NCBI GenBank assembly: GCA_964633905.1
Contig: CAZWIT010000002.1
Location: 63,209-127,208, forward strand
DNA length: 64,000 bases
DNA from: an uncultured Gammaproteobacteria bacterium
Lineage (GTDB): Bacteria; Patescibacteriota; Patescibacteriia; UBA1558; GWA2-36-10
Direction of reading: 5' to 3'
Below the pieces are notes generated by a model. The model was not told where the DNA came from. It was given only the letters and a program-made list of their open reading frames with translations, and did not search any database. The translations under genes and the position numbers were made by a program. Of this stretch, positions 23,491-34,100 are shown piece by piece; the stretch's first letter is position 1, and the number at the start of each line of letters is the position of its first letter.

Positions 23491-24846
23491 TTATTTTTTA
23501 TCAAAAACATTTTTAGTTTTAGTAATACTCATTTTAATAGGTACACCAATAAAGCCAAATTTGCGACGTAAACCATTTTCTATAAAACGTAAATAAGAAT
23601 AATGCAGCTCGCTTTTAAAATCTATTTTTATTTGAAAATAAGGAGGATTAGTGCCAGCTTGCTTAAGGCTATAGATGTAGGGTTGTTTGGTGCCTTTGCC
23701 TCGGGATGGTTTATGTCTTTTAACTAAAGACTTGAGCAGTTTGGAAAGAGCGTTATCATCAATATTTTTATGCTTCTCTTCCCAGATATTTATAATTAAA
23801 GGCAAAATTTTACTTAAACGGGTTTTTTCTAAAGCAGATGTAAATAAAATTGGCGCCCAAGTAACAAAAGGAAAAAAGTCTTGGTAATAAGTAACGTATT
23901 TATTGATAGTATCAGTATCTTTACTAGGAATTAGATCCCATTTATTGGCTAAAATTATTACACCTTTGCCAGCATCGACTAATTCTTGCAATAAATTTTT
24001 ATCTTGCCAACTTAAAGATTTACTAACGTCAGTAGCTAGGATGCAGATATCAGCTTTTTTTAAACTATTTAAGCTCATAGCAATACTTTGTTTTTCAAAA
24101 GAATCACCAGTTTTTTTAGCTCGGCGTCTCCAGCCCGCAGTATCAATAAAGGTGATTTGTCGGCCTTGATAATTAATTGCAATATCTTGAGCATCGCGAG
24201 TAGTATGAGGGCTGTCAGAAACAATTAATCTTTCTTCGCCAAGTAAAGCATTAATTAAAGATGATTTACCAACGTTAGGTTGGCCAATAATAGCCACCTT
24301 AATATTTTGACTAGCATCAGGTTTTTTCTTTAATCTTTTCTTTTGGCTGCTAAGTTTAGCTACAATTTCGTCAAGTAGATCGCCAGTGCCAACACCACTA
24401 CGAGCAGAAATTATTTGGGGGTCACCTAAATTTAATTGGTAAAACTCAGCCGTTTGTTGTCTAAGTTTAGGGTTATCTACTTTATTAGCTACCAGAATAA
24501 CAGGTTTTTTATATTTTTTTATCGCTTGCGCTAAAATTCTGTCATCTGGTAAAACACCGCAGTGAGTATCGCTGACCATTAGGATCAAATCAGCTTCGGC
24601 TAAGGCCTTTTCTGCTTGTTTATTAATATTTTTTTCTAACTCATCTTTAGGTTTAGGGATTAAACCGCCAGTATCTATTAATTGAAATTCAAGACCACCC
24701 CAATAACAATTGGCGTAATTACGATCACGAGTAGTACCAGCAATTGGCGAGACAATTGCTTTGGGTGCTGATATTAAGCGATTAAATAGAGTAGACTTAC
24801 CAGCATTAACATGTCCAGCTATTGCTACCTTGTATTGTGAGGCCAT
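23491..24846 (-). CDS. der: ribosome-associated GTPase Der/EngA (tandem GTPase domains)
   Basis: Two G1 boxes GHVNAGKST and GQPNVGKSS plus KH-like C-terminus. Confidence 0.95.
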   Translation of the reverse strand: MASQYKVAIAGHVNAGKSTLFNRLISAPKAIVSPIAGTTRDRNYANCYWGGLEFQLIDTGGLIPKPKDELEKNINKQAEKALAEADLILMVSDTHCGVLPDDRILAQAIKKYKKPVILVANKVDNPKLRQQTAEFYQLNLGDPQIISARSGVGTGDLLDEIVAKLSSQKKRLKKKPDASQNIKVAIIGQPNVGKSSLINALLGEERLIVSDSPHTTRDAQDIAINYQGRQITFIDTAGWRRRAKKTGDSFEKQSIAMSLNSLKKADICILATDVSKSLSWQDKNLLQELVDAGKGVIILANKWDLIPSKDTDTINKYVTYYQDFFPFVTWAPILFTSALEKTRLSKILPLIINIWEEKHKNIDDNALSKLLKSLVKRHKPSRGKGTKQPYIYSLKQAGTNPPYFQIKIDFKSELHYSYLRFIENGLRRKFGFIGVPIKMSITKTKNVFDKK

Positions 24847-24855
24847 TATTTTAGT

Positions 24856-26418
24856 TTATTCATTTATTATACCATTAAATGCCGGAGTACTGGAAACAGT
24901 GCTACTGGCTGTGGTGCTAGCAGTAGTGCTGCTCAAAAGGCTAGGATCAATGGTTGGCACTAAGAGTTTAGTTTCATCTATTTGTTGGTCAAGTCCTAAA
25001 ACTATAACAAAATCTAATTTTACTAGTTCGCCATTTTTATCTTTGATATTATGTTTTTGAGCAATTAGAGTAGCTGCATAGTCGGAATTTGGTTTATTAT
25101 CCGCTTTTGTTTGAAATATGTTTTCTAAAGATTTTTCGGTGTAAGGTTTATCGTTGTTATAGCTATAAATCACAGTGCTAACTTTATTTTGAGTGGAATC
25201 ATTGCCATAACCCAGGGCATTGTAGCCCATTTGTTGCAAATAGTTTAAAGCTTTTAAGGCTAGTCCTTCGACACTGGTGCCATTTAAAATTAGGATATTG
25301 GCTTGTTCGGCTGGTATTTTAGTAAAGTTAAAGATATTTTTTATCAATTCTTGTATCTTAGTATAATTACCGCCGATTGGTTGCAAGATGTAGGCGCCAC
25401 TTTCAGCAATGCCACTTTTTAGATAGCTGCCTGGCCGATCGTCGATTGATTGAGTAATAATATCTTGGGTTTTTAGGCCTTTGGCTAAATGGGCAAGCTT
25501 TACAGCCTCCCAAGGTTCCATGTCAGTTTGGCTGTATTGATTCATTAAAGAAAAAATACTAGTGATTTTTTTAGGGTTCACCCAAGTGTTAAAAGAAGTA
25601 ATTTTTTCTTTAACAGCCAAAATAATTTTTTGTTGTCTCTTGATACGACCAAAATCAGAACCTTCACCGTTATTGCCATGACGAGAACGGGCAAAGCGTA
25701 GGGCAGTAAGACCATCCATTTTTTGTTCGCCAGCTTTGAAAGATATGGTTTGAGTTTTAAAATCAGCTGTCGGAAACTGGTAATCAGTAAAGGCTTTATC
25801 AACTGTAACTTCAATACCGCCGATAGAGTCAATAATTTCAATAAAACCTTGAAAATCTACAGCGCCATAATAGTGGATAGGAATATTAAAGTTATCTTCT
25901 ACTACTTTTTTCATTAATTCTCCGCCTTGGCCGTTTTCTTGCTCGCCGTAAGTATAAATATTGTTGATTTTAGTGTAAGAGCCTTTATAAAATACTACCA
26001 TGTCTCGGGGTATGGAAAATAAAGCCGCTTCTTTAGTTGATGGTTTAAAACTAGCGATAATAACAGTATCGGTTAAATAAGGGCCACTATGACCTTCGCC
26101 ACCCATGCCGAGGAGTAAAAAATTAATACGATCATCAGCTTCACCTTGTAAACTTTTTTGGCTAGGGTAGAGGATATGGGTAATTTGTCTTACTAAATAA
26201 CTATTTTTTACACCACCTAAAAATCCTTCGTTGTCAGCTGATAATATTGAACCAGCAATTGAAAATAAAATAATTAAAAAAATAAAACAACAAGAAATTT
26301 TTTTTCTTTTTGTTTTTTTTAGCGTAGCCGGAGTTCTTTCTTCGCTAGGGTTTTTATATGATTCTAAGCTATGTTGATTAGTATCACTAATTTTTTGTTG
26401 TTTAAAATCGGCAGCCAT
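24856..26418 (-). CDS. LytR-CpsA-Psr (LCP) family cell-envelope phosphotransferase with Ser/Thr-rich C-terminal tail
   Basis: N-terminal TM anchor; LCP core LLLGMGGEGHSGPYLTDTVIIASF ... FSIPRDMVVF; tail STTASTTASSTVSST. Confidence 0.85.
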   Translation of the reverse strand: MAADFKQQKISDTNQHSLESYKNPSEERTPATLKKTKRKKISCCFIFLIILFSIAGSILSADNEGFLGGVKNSYLVRQITHILYPSQKSLQGEADDRINFLLLGMGGEGHSGPYLTDTVIIASFKPSTKEAALFSIPRDMVVFYKGSYTKINNIYTYGEQENGQGGELMKKVVEDNFNIPIHYYGAVDFQGFIEIIDSIGGIEVTVDKAFTDYQFPTADFKTQTISFKAGEQKMDGLTALRFARSRHGNNGEGSDFGRIKRQQKIILAVKEKITSFNTWVNPKKITSIFSLMNQYSQTDMEPWEAVKLAHLAKGLKTQDIITQSIDDRPGSYLKSGIAESGAYILQPIGGNYTKIQELIKNIFNFTKIPAEQANILILNGTSVEGLALKALNYLQQMGYNALGYGNDSTQNKVSTVIYSYNNDKPYTEKSLENIFQTKADNKPNSDYAATLIAQKHNIKDKNGELVKLDFVIVLGLDQQIDETKLLVPTIDPSLLSSTTASTTASSTVSSTPAFNGIINE

Positions 26419-26487
26419 TACTGGTTTCTCTTAATTTTTATAAAATCTAAAAAATGATGATAAAAGCAGATGGATTATAGTATTTTA

Positions 26488-26502
26488 TTGACTAAAAGTC
26501 AA
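26488..26502. promoter_or_regulatory. perfect palindrome TTGACT aaa AGTCAA in divergent LCP/lepB intergenic region (candidate operator or back-to-back -35 boxes)
   Basis: Read directly. Confidence 0.35.
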
Positions 26503-26610
26503 ACCTAAAAAATGGCAATTTTGACGATAAAAAGGGCTTAAAAGGCTATTTGCTTTTAGTTTTAGCTTTGTGTATAATAAGTCTATTATCTTTTATTTTT
26601 TGTAATTTTT

Positions 26611-27252
26611 ATGGGGAATTTTGATAAAAATGTTATGCCAACAAAAAACTCTCAAGAGCCAGAGCCTAATTTTAATTTAGAACAACTATCAAGCGAAGAC
26701 GATCCTGGTACTGTTAGTTTTGCTAAAAAAGTTGGTTTATTTATTTTTGAGATTGTTAAAGTTGTTTTAATCTCTTTAGCTATTATTTTACCGATTCGTT
26801 ATTTTTTAGTGCAGCCTTTCTATGTTGAAGGAGCTTCGATGGAACCAAATTTTTATGATAAAGAATATTTAATCATCGATGAAATATCTTATCGTTTTGA
26901 AAATCCACAAAGAGGAGAAGTAATTATTTTGAAAAATCCTAATGATAGACATTTTTACTTTATCAAGAGAGTGGTTGGCTTGCCTGGTGAAAAAATAGCA
27001 GTTTTGAATGGACGGGTTTTTATCAATGATAAGCAACTTGAAGAAAGTTATATTAAAAATTTTTCACACGATGACTACGGTCCAACTACTTTAGCTGATG
27101 ATGAATACTTTGTGATGGGCGATAATCGCAATAATAGCAGTGACTCTAGATATTTTGGACCATTAAATCGCAAAGATGTCATTGGTCGAGTTTGGGTCAG
27201 GGGCTGGCCTTTAAATCGATTTAATACTTTTAATCCACCAACTTACCAATAA
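26611..27252 (+). CDS. lepB: signal peptidase I
   Basis: GASMEPNF (catalytic Ser box) and GDNRNNSSDSRYFG. Confidence 0.92.
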   Translation: MGNFDKNVMPTKNSQEPEPNFNLEQLSSEDDPGTVSFAKKVGLFIFEIVKVVLISLAIILPIRYFLVQPFYVEGASMEPNFYDKEYLIIDEISYRFENPQRGEVIILKNPNDRHFYFIKRVVGLPGEKIAVLNGRVFINDKQLEESYIKNFSHDDYGPTTLADDEYFVMGDNRNNSSDSRYFGPLNRKDVIGRVWVRGWPLNRFNTFNPPTYQ

Positions 27253-27264
27253 TTAAATTAATTT

Positions 27265-28590
27265 ATGTCTCAGAAAAAAGTTAAAAAAAGCCCGATTCAA
27301 TTAGTAAAGGGCATGAAGGATATTTTGCCAGACGAACAGATGTATTGGCAATGGATACGCGAAGAAGTTGATAATTTTGCTCGTCATTATAGTTTTTCTA
27401 GGATTGATACCCCCATTGTTGAGTTTACCAATTTATTTAAAAGAACAGTTGGTGAAGAAACAGACATTGTTAGCAAAGAAATGTATTCTTTTGTCATGTC
27501 TGACGGTGATAAATTATCATTACGCCCAGAAAATACTGCTGGCGTGGTTCGTAGCTATATAGAGCATGGTATGCTTAATATGCCTCAGCCAGTTAAGCTG
27601 TATTATTTTGGTCAGCAATTTCGTCATGATAAACCACAAGCAGGTCGTTATCGCCAATTCTGGCAATTTGGTTTTGAAGCTATAGGTGAAACTGATCCGG
27701 TAATTGATGCTCAATTAATTACTATTTCTCACAATTTTCTTAAAAGTTTAGGCTTAGAAGTTGAAGTTCAAATAAATAGTGTTGGTGATGCTAATTGCCG
27801 GCCCCAGTATCTAAAGGCTTTAAAGGCTTATTATCAAAATCACCGCAAAGAATTGTGCTCAGATTGCCAAAATCGTTTTAATAAAAACACTTTGCGTTTA
27901 CTTGATTGTAAAAATGCCAAGTGTCAGGAACTGGCAAATTCTGCTCCGCAAATGGTTGATTATTTATGCGAAAGCTGTAAAGAGCACTTTATGGGTGTTT
28001 TAGAGTATTTAGATGAGTTAGATATTACCTATAGTTTAAACGCCAAGATTGTCAGGGGTTTAGATTATTATACTAAAACAGCCTGGGAAATAGTGGAAAC
28101 TAGTGAAGCCGGTAAATTGCAAGCCTTGGGTGGTGGCGGTCGTTATGATGAGTTAATTGAGACTTTAGGTGGTCGTCCGACACCAGCGGTTGGTTTTGCA
28201 ATCGGGGTTGAGCGAGTGATTATTAAATTGCAAGAGAAAAAGATTGCACCACCAAAAATGCACCAATTAGATTTATATGTAGCTCAACTTGGGATCGAGG
28301 CACGAAAAAAATCTTTGAAATTATTTGAAGAGCTAAGAGCGGATGGCTTTGAAGTAGGTGAAAGTATTGTTAAAAAAGGTTTAAAAGATCAAATGGAAGC
28401 AGCCAACAGAAGGGGTGTAAAATATACTTTGATTTTAGGACAAAAAGAAATTACTGACGGCACTGTATTACTTAGAGATATGGAAAGTGGCGTGCAAGAA
28501 GTAATAGATTATCGTAAAGTAAAGAGCGAAGTGCGCAAGCGTTTAAGTCAAGAAGGTACTCGGGTAATAAAGCTCAAAAAAATTAAGTAG
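27265..28590 (+). CDS. hisS: histidine--tRNA ligase
   Basis: Class II aaRS motifs and HisRS anticodon-binding C-terminus. Confidence 0.95.
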   Translation: MSQKKVKKSPIQLVKGMKDILPDEQMYWQWIREEVDNFARHYSFSRIDTPIVEFTNLFKRTVGEETDIVSKEMYSFVMSDGDKLSLRPENTAGVVRSYIEHGMLNMPQPVKLYYFGQQFRHDKPQAGRYRQFWQFGFEAIGETDPVIDAQLITISHNFLKSLGLEVEVQINSVGDANCRPQYLKALKAYYQNHRKELCSDCQNRFNKNTLRLLDCKNAKCQELANSAPQMVDYLCESCKEHFMGVLEYLDELDITYSLNAKIVRGLDYYTKTAWEIVETSEAGKLQALGGGGRYDELIETLGGRPTPAVGFAIGVERVIIKLQEKKIAPPKMHQLDLYVAQLGIEARKKSLKLFEELRADGFEVGESIVKKGLKDQMEAANRRGVKYTLILGQKEITDGTVLLRDMESGVQEVIDYRKVKSEVRKRLSQEGTRVIKLKKIK

Positions 28591-28759
28591 GTAGATTTTT
28601 TAAATATCACACTTAAAGCTGTGGATAATTTTTATATTTGTCTAACGTTGACTTTTGTAGTTAAATCTGTCATTATATAAGGGATAATAATTACTTTTTA
28701 AAGCTAGTTATTTATCAGTTTATTTATTTAATATTTTAAGTCACAGGGGAGGTGAAATT

Positions 28760-29005
28760 GTGTTGGAAGTTAAACGCAAAGATAATGAATCTTTTGAAAG
28801 CTTGATTCGTCGTTTTACTAAAAAAACCATTCAAAGTGGTAAAATCATCCAAGCAAAAAAAGTCAGATTTTTCAATAAACCAAAAACTAAACGGGCATTG
28901 AAATCCAGCGCTTTACGTCGGCAAAAAATTGCTGGGCGTTTAGATTATTTGAAACGCATTGGCAAACTTGATGATAATGCTTTGCAGAGAGCAAAAAAAT
29001 TATAA
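28760..29005 (+). CDS. rpsU: 30S ribosomal protein S21 (GTG start, SD GGGGAGGTG)
   Basis: VKRKDNESFESLIRRFTKK ... KPKTKRALKSSALRRQK matches the S21 pattern. Confidence 0.85.
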   Translation: MLEVKRKDNESFESLIRRFTKKTIQSGKIIQAKKVRFFNKPKTKRALKSSALRRQKIAGRLDYLKRIGKLDDNALQRAKKL

Positions 29006-29062
29006 TTTTTAGTTTTTGTCTATTAGTAAATTTGCTAGTAGACAAAGCCATAAATATTATAT

Positions 29063-29500
29063 ATGGCCTTGAGTGAACAAATAGAGAATGATTTAAAAAA
29101 TGCTTTACGAGAAAAAAACGAAAGCCTGGTTTCTTGTTTGCGTATGCTTAAAAGCGCTTTAAAAAATCAAGCAATTGAGGCTCGTGTGCCCCAGCTTGAT
29201 GATTTGCAAGTAATAGCTGTTTTGAAGCGTGAACTAAAAAAAAGACAAGATTCAGCTAATCAGTTTAAAACTGGTAATCGTGAAGATCTGGCTGCTAAAG
29301 AAAACGAAGAAGCTAAAATAATTGCTAAATATTTACCACCAGCTATGCCAGAGGCAGAGCTTATAAAAATCGTTGATGAAGTAATAGCTAGTGGTTTAAA
29401 TAATTTTGGCCAGGTTATGAAAGAAGTAATGACAATAACTGGGGCTCAGGCTGATGGTCAGATGGTACAAATGTTGGTGAAAAAGAAACTAGGTTTATAA
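29063..29500 (+). CDS. yqeY: GatB/YqeY domain protein
   Basis: Conserved rpsU-yqeY pairing and YqeY-like helical sequence. Confidence 0.8.
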   Translation: MALSEQIENDLKNALREKNESLVSCLRMLKSALKNQAIEARVPQLDDLQVIAVLKRELKKRQDSANQFKTGNREDLAAKENEEAKIIAKYLPPAMPEAELIKIVDEVIASGLNNFGQVMKEVMTITGAQADGQMVQMLVKKKLGL

Positions 29501-29542
29501 AACCTAAAAATAAAAATAAATTAAAAATTAAATAATTATCCC

Positions 29543-31135
29543 ATGCTAATTTTTAAAAAAATGACTGTAGTGAGCCTATTTTTGCTAGCAGTTATTTTTT
29601 TGTATCCAAAAATGGCCTTGGCGCAAGATGCGTTTACTTCTGGTAATTTAGAAAATCTTTCAGTTTATACTACGCGCAGTATCTTTGACATGATTGTCGG
29701 CATTGTCAATGTGGCCTTAGGTTTTTTAGGTGCGATTACAGTTTTATTATTTTTATATGCTGGTTATTTATGGTTGACTTCACGCGGTGCTGCTGATCGT
29801 ATTGATCAAGCTAAAAAGATTATGATCAACGCTACCATTGGTTTAGGTATTATTTTTGTATCTTACGCTTTGGTCAATTTTATTTTCCGCTCAGCTTATG
29901 AAGGTATTTTTGGCGGCGGACCCGGTGGTAATAACAATTATAATCCTTCTTATAGCGGAGGAGTGTTAGGTGGAGTTTTGGAAAGTCATTATCCAGCTTG
30001 GAGTGCTACTAATATACCGCGCAATACTAATATCATTGTTACTTTTAGAGAGGCAATTGATTTAGAACAAATATTATTAAATGATAGTTGTGATCCGGTT
30101 AGCACAGATTGTGCAGTTGATCGTAATAATATTATGGTTTTTGTAGCTGGCAATGAAGATAGTAATTTAGCTAATAATGATCTCTTATTTAGAACAGATG
30201 CAGCTCACAAAAATTTTGTTTTTAATCCAGTGCCATTATTAGGTGATTCCAATGAGCCAGTTGACTATAGGGTGCAATTAAATAATTTACGTACAGAAAA
30301 TGGTTCGCCAGTATTTTCTGGCAGTAACTATTATTATTGGATTTTCTCGGTCGGTACTTGGGTAGACGAAGTGCCTCCTTATGTTGTTTCGGTTGTGCCG
30401 ATTGCTAGTACTGTAGCTCGCAACACTATTGTGCAGATTAATTTTTCGGAAAGTGTTAATCCTCTATATATACCAGCGGTATCTGACGCGGCTGCTAATA
30501 TCAGATTAAGTGATCCCAATCTAATTGATGGTGTTTTTCAATTAAGTAATCAGTATCGAACAGTTGAATTTTTAACTAATTCACAATGTGGTCAAAATTC
30601 TTGCGGCTTTAATATATTTTGTTTACCAGCTTCAGCGACTATTGATGGTATTATTATTGATGAAGTTAGGGATATGGTTGGTAATCAATTAGATGGTAAT
30701 CATGACGGTGATCATGATGTTAATGATAATTTTGATAATTGGCAATTTAACACTAACAACGATATTGATACTACTGGTCCAATTATGACTTATCGTGATC
30801 GCAGTGATGATTGGAATATTTATGCTCCGATTAGGATTAGCTTTGATAGTTCTTTATCGGCTGCTTCAGTAAATTATGACAATGTTAAATTAGATTGGAA
30901 TATTAATTATTGGTTAGGTTTGGCTTCTTATGAACCTACCTATAATAATAGTATTATGATCTACCATAATCCTATGGCAGCAAATACTGATTATAGTATT
31001 TCTTGCTTGTCTGGTATTAGGGATTTACAACAAAATTGTTATCAACCTTGTAATTGTCCCTTGGGTTCCCCAGGTTGTGGTGCAAATCCACCTATGGGCA
31101 CGCCTTGTCCGCCAGGTACTTGTTCATGGAATTAG
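29543..31135 (+). CDS. secreted/membrane-anchored protein: signal peptide plus 2-TM VirB2/TrbC-pilin-like anchor module, Gly-rich linker, Ig-like (SbsA-type) domains, Cys-rich C-terminus
   Basis: N-terminal ~100 aa paralogous to the N-terminus of the giant ORF at 31178; AXA cleavage site (ALA-QDA). Confidence 0.8.
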   Translation: MLIFKKMTVVSLFLLAVIFLYPKMALAQDAFTSGNLENLSVYTTRSIFDMIVGIVNVALGFLGAITVLLFLYAGYLWLTSRGAADRIDQAKKIMINATIGLGIIFVSYALVNFIFRSAYEGIFGGGPGGNNNYNPSYSGGVLGGVLESHYPAWSATNIPRNTNIIVTFREAIDLEQILLNDSCDPVSTDCAVDRNNIMVFVAGNEDSNLANNDLLFRTDAAHKNFVFNPVPLLGDSNEPVDYRVQLNNLRTENGSPVFSGSNYYYWIFSVGTWVDEVPPYVVSVVPIASTVARNTIVQINFSESVNPLYIPAVSDAAANIRLSDPNLIDGVFQLSNQYRTVEFLTNSQCGQNSCGFNIFCLPASATIDGIIIDEVRDMVGNQLDGNHDGDHDVNDNFDNWQFNTNNDIDTTGPIMTYRDRSDDWNIYAPIRISFDSSLSAASVNYDNVKLDWNINYWLGLASYEPTYNNSIMIYHNPMAANTDYSISCLSGIRDLQQNCYQPCNCPLGSPGCGANPPMGTPCPPGTCSWN

Positions 31136-31177
31136 TATTTAAAACTTATTTATAAAAGGATAAATAAAAATATAAAA

Positions 31178-34100
31178 ATGAAAAAAATATCCATCCTAGT
31201 AATTTTTTGGCTGCTATTGGGACTGATGTTTGCTCTGCCAGCTTGGGCGCAGGGTGCTTTTGGTACTAATACTTTGACTAATCTGGCTGTTTATAGTACG
31301 CGTAGCATTACTGATACTATAGTTGGTATAGTCAATATTATTTTAGGCTTTTTGGGTGTGATTGCAGTTTTACTTTTTTTGTATTCTGGTTGGCTGTGGC
31401 TATCTTCTAGAGGGGATGCACAAAAGATTCAAAAATCTAAGTTGATTATGGCTAGTACCGTAATTGGCTTATTAATTATTTTTGCTTCTTATGCTATTAC
31501 CAATTTTATTATTGCTAGAATAGCCGAAGAAACCGGCACTATTGAAACTACTCCGCCAGGCTATGTACCACCTGGACCAGGACCTGTTACTTGTCCTTTG
31601 CCCGCCAATGATGGTGATATAGATGTATGTCAAGTTTATCCCGGTGCGGCTGCTCCAGGTAATTATTTTACGATTACAGGTTGGAACTTTGGTAATTATG
31701 TAGCGGGCAATAGCCGAGCAGTATTACGTGATAATTTGGGTAATGAAACAGCTTTAGATTTAGTTAGTTGCGATGGCAATCCAATTTGGAATTTAATTTA
31801 TACTACGCCAGATGGAGATAATAGTTTTTATGAAATTAGAGCAATAGTGCCAGATATTACGGCCGCTGTTTATGATGTTAGAGTTTATCGAAATGCCACT
31901 GTCTTTGATCAAGAGACCAATAATTCATTTACAGTTTCTCCGCCTGGAGCAGTTGGTTTGAATATTGCTTGTTTGCGTCCAAGCTTTGGTGCAGCTCGTC
32001 CAACGCCTGAGAGTGTGATAGCTGAGGGTATTAATTTTGGTACTAGTGCAGGTACAATTAGTATGAAAGGCTGGGTCGGGAGTAGCGAGGCCGATATTAC
32101 TGTTCCTAGTGGCACTTGGGATGATACTTTGATTACTTTTCAAATTCCAGATAATGCTTTAGCGAGTGATGTTAAAATTACTCATAATGCAGATATCAAT
32201 AATTGGGATACTCGTTATTTCATGGTTACTTGCGGTGGTGATGATGGTAATTGTTCTTCTGGTTGCTGTAGTAATTATAATGAATGCCGTCCTAATACAA
32301 ATGAGTTTTGTCCAGCTGGCGCTAATTTCAGTAGTGCGCCACGCATAGATGCTATTAGTCCTAATAATGGTGCAGCTGGAAATTTAGTAACTATTTTAGG
32401 GCAAAACTTTGGTACTGTTGCCGGTACGGTTTGGTTTAATGGTGCTAGCGGTCCGATTCAAGGAGTTGTACCATCAATTCTCTACCCAGGTATTTGTCCA
32501 GCCGGTAATTATTGGTATGATAATTATATAATTATTGGTGTGCCAGTAGGCACTATAGACGGCTCGGTCTATATTATGACTGGAGCAGCTATACCTGAGC
32601 AGAGTAATAATGCATCTTTTGATGAAAATGGAATTTCGCGCCCAGGTTTGTGTCAATTAAATCCTATTGGTGGTAGCTTCCAAAATGAAACTAGAGTTAA
32701 TACAACTGGTATTAATTTTGCCAGCACTGATAAAATTTTATTTTCAGTTGATCCAGATATTACTGGTAATGATTATATTTATACTTCTCCGAATGAAGCC
32801 TCGGCTGTAGTACCAAATTTACAAAACGGTCAAGTTGGTGTTCAAATAAAAAATAACGCTGACCAATATAGTAATCCTTTGCCTTTTCAGGTAAGTGATA
32901 GTTTTTTTGGTCAACCACGCATTGTTACCACTTCTCCTAATGGTATTAAGAGCGGTGTTTATATTACTATTTTTGGTACAAATTTTGGAAATTTAGCTGG
33001 CCAAGTGTTATTTAATGATGTAAATAATGCCACTAATCCAGATCTAGTTGGCATTGTTCCGAGTAATCCAATGTGCCAAAATGCTTATTGGCAGAACAAT
33101 CAAATAGTAGTAGAAACTCCTAATTTGCCAGATATTAGCAATGGCAGTCCTTATGAAATAGTTGTTAAGCGAGCTGATGCAGTAGTAAGCGAAGCTTATG
33201 ATATTAATTATAATACTAGTTTAGAAGACGGAGTCTTTTTGTGTGCCGTAGTACCAGATAATGGCCCTAATAATTTTTCGCCAGTTGATTTTTATGGTTC
33301 GGGCTTTAGTGATAATAGTGTTAGAATTCAATTTAATGGAGCAGCTAATACTGTTAATCCGACAGGCTTTAATGATACTCAAGCTTGGGATACGACAGTG
33401 CCTGGTGATGCCTTGAGTGGTCAAGTAATTTTGCAATCGCAAGCTGATAATGGTACTTGGCTTAATAGTAATGCTTTAAATTTTAATATTGCTGGCTGTT
33501 CTCAAAATTCCGATTGTCAGGGTTCAGAGCAATGTTGTCCTGGTAATTTTGGTAACTATTGTTCTCTAAGTTGTGATCAAATTTTAAGCTGTACTTATAC
33601 CTCTACTTTGCATACCCAAAATATACCTTTTAGTATTAATTATAATTATAATTGTGATACTGATTGGCAGTCACCAACTCCTTGGCCAGATGGATTGTTA
33701 AGTTATTCCTCACAAGATAATTATGTAGACTCTAATATTTCTTTTACCTTTACTCGTAATATTGTTGATGCTGATTTAGAGCCAGCTGCTCATAAAATTA
33801 GGTTGTATGAATGTGATAACAGGAATACTAGTTGTGATGTAGAAATAAATATTGCTACCAATATTATTGGTCAAAATAGTAATCAAGAAGGCGTGCTTAT
33901 TAATCCGCTTAATAATTTAGCAGAAAATACTTGGTATAAGGTGGTTTTAGTAGGTGACTTTAGAGCTGAAGGTGGCAATGAATACTGGAATACTAGTTAT
34001 GATCCTGATTTACAAGTTGTTGGTGGTTGGAATTTTAGAACTAAATCAACTGACTTGGCTTGTGAAATTAGTAGTATTCAAGTAACACCGCAGTCAGCAG

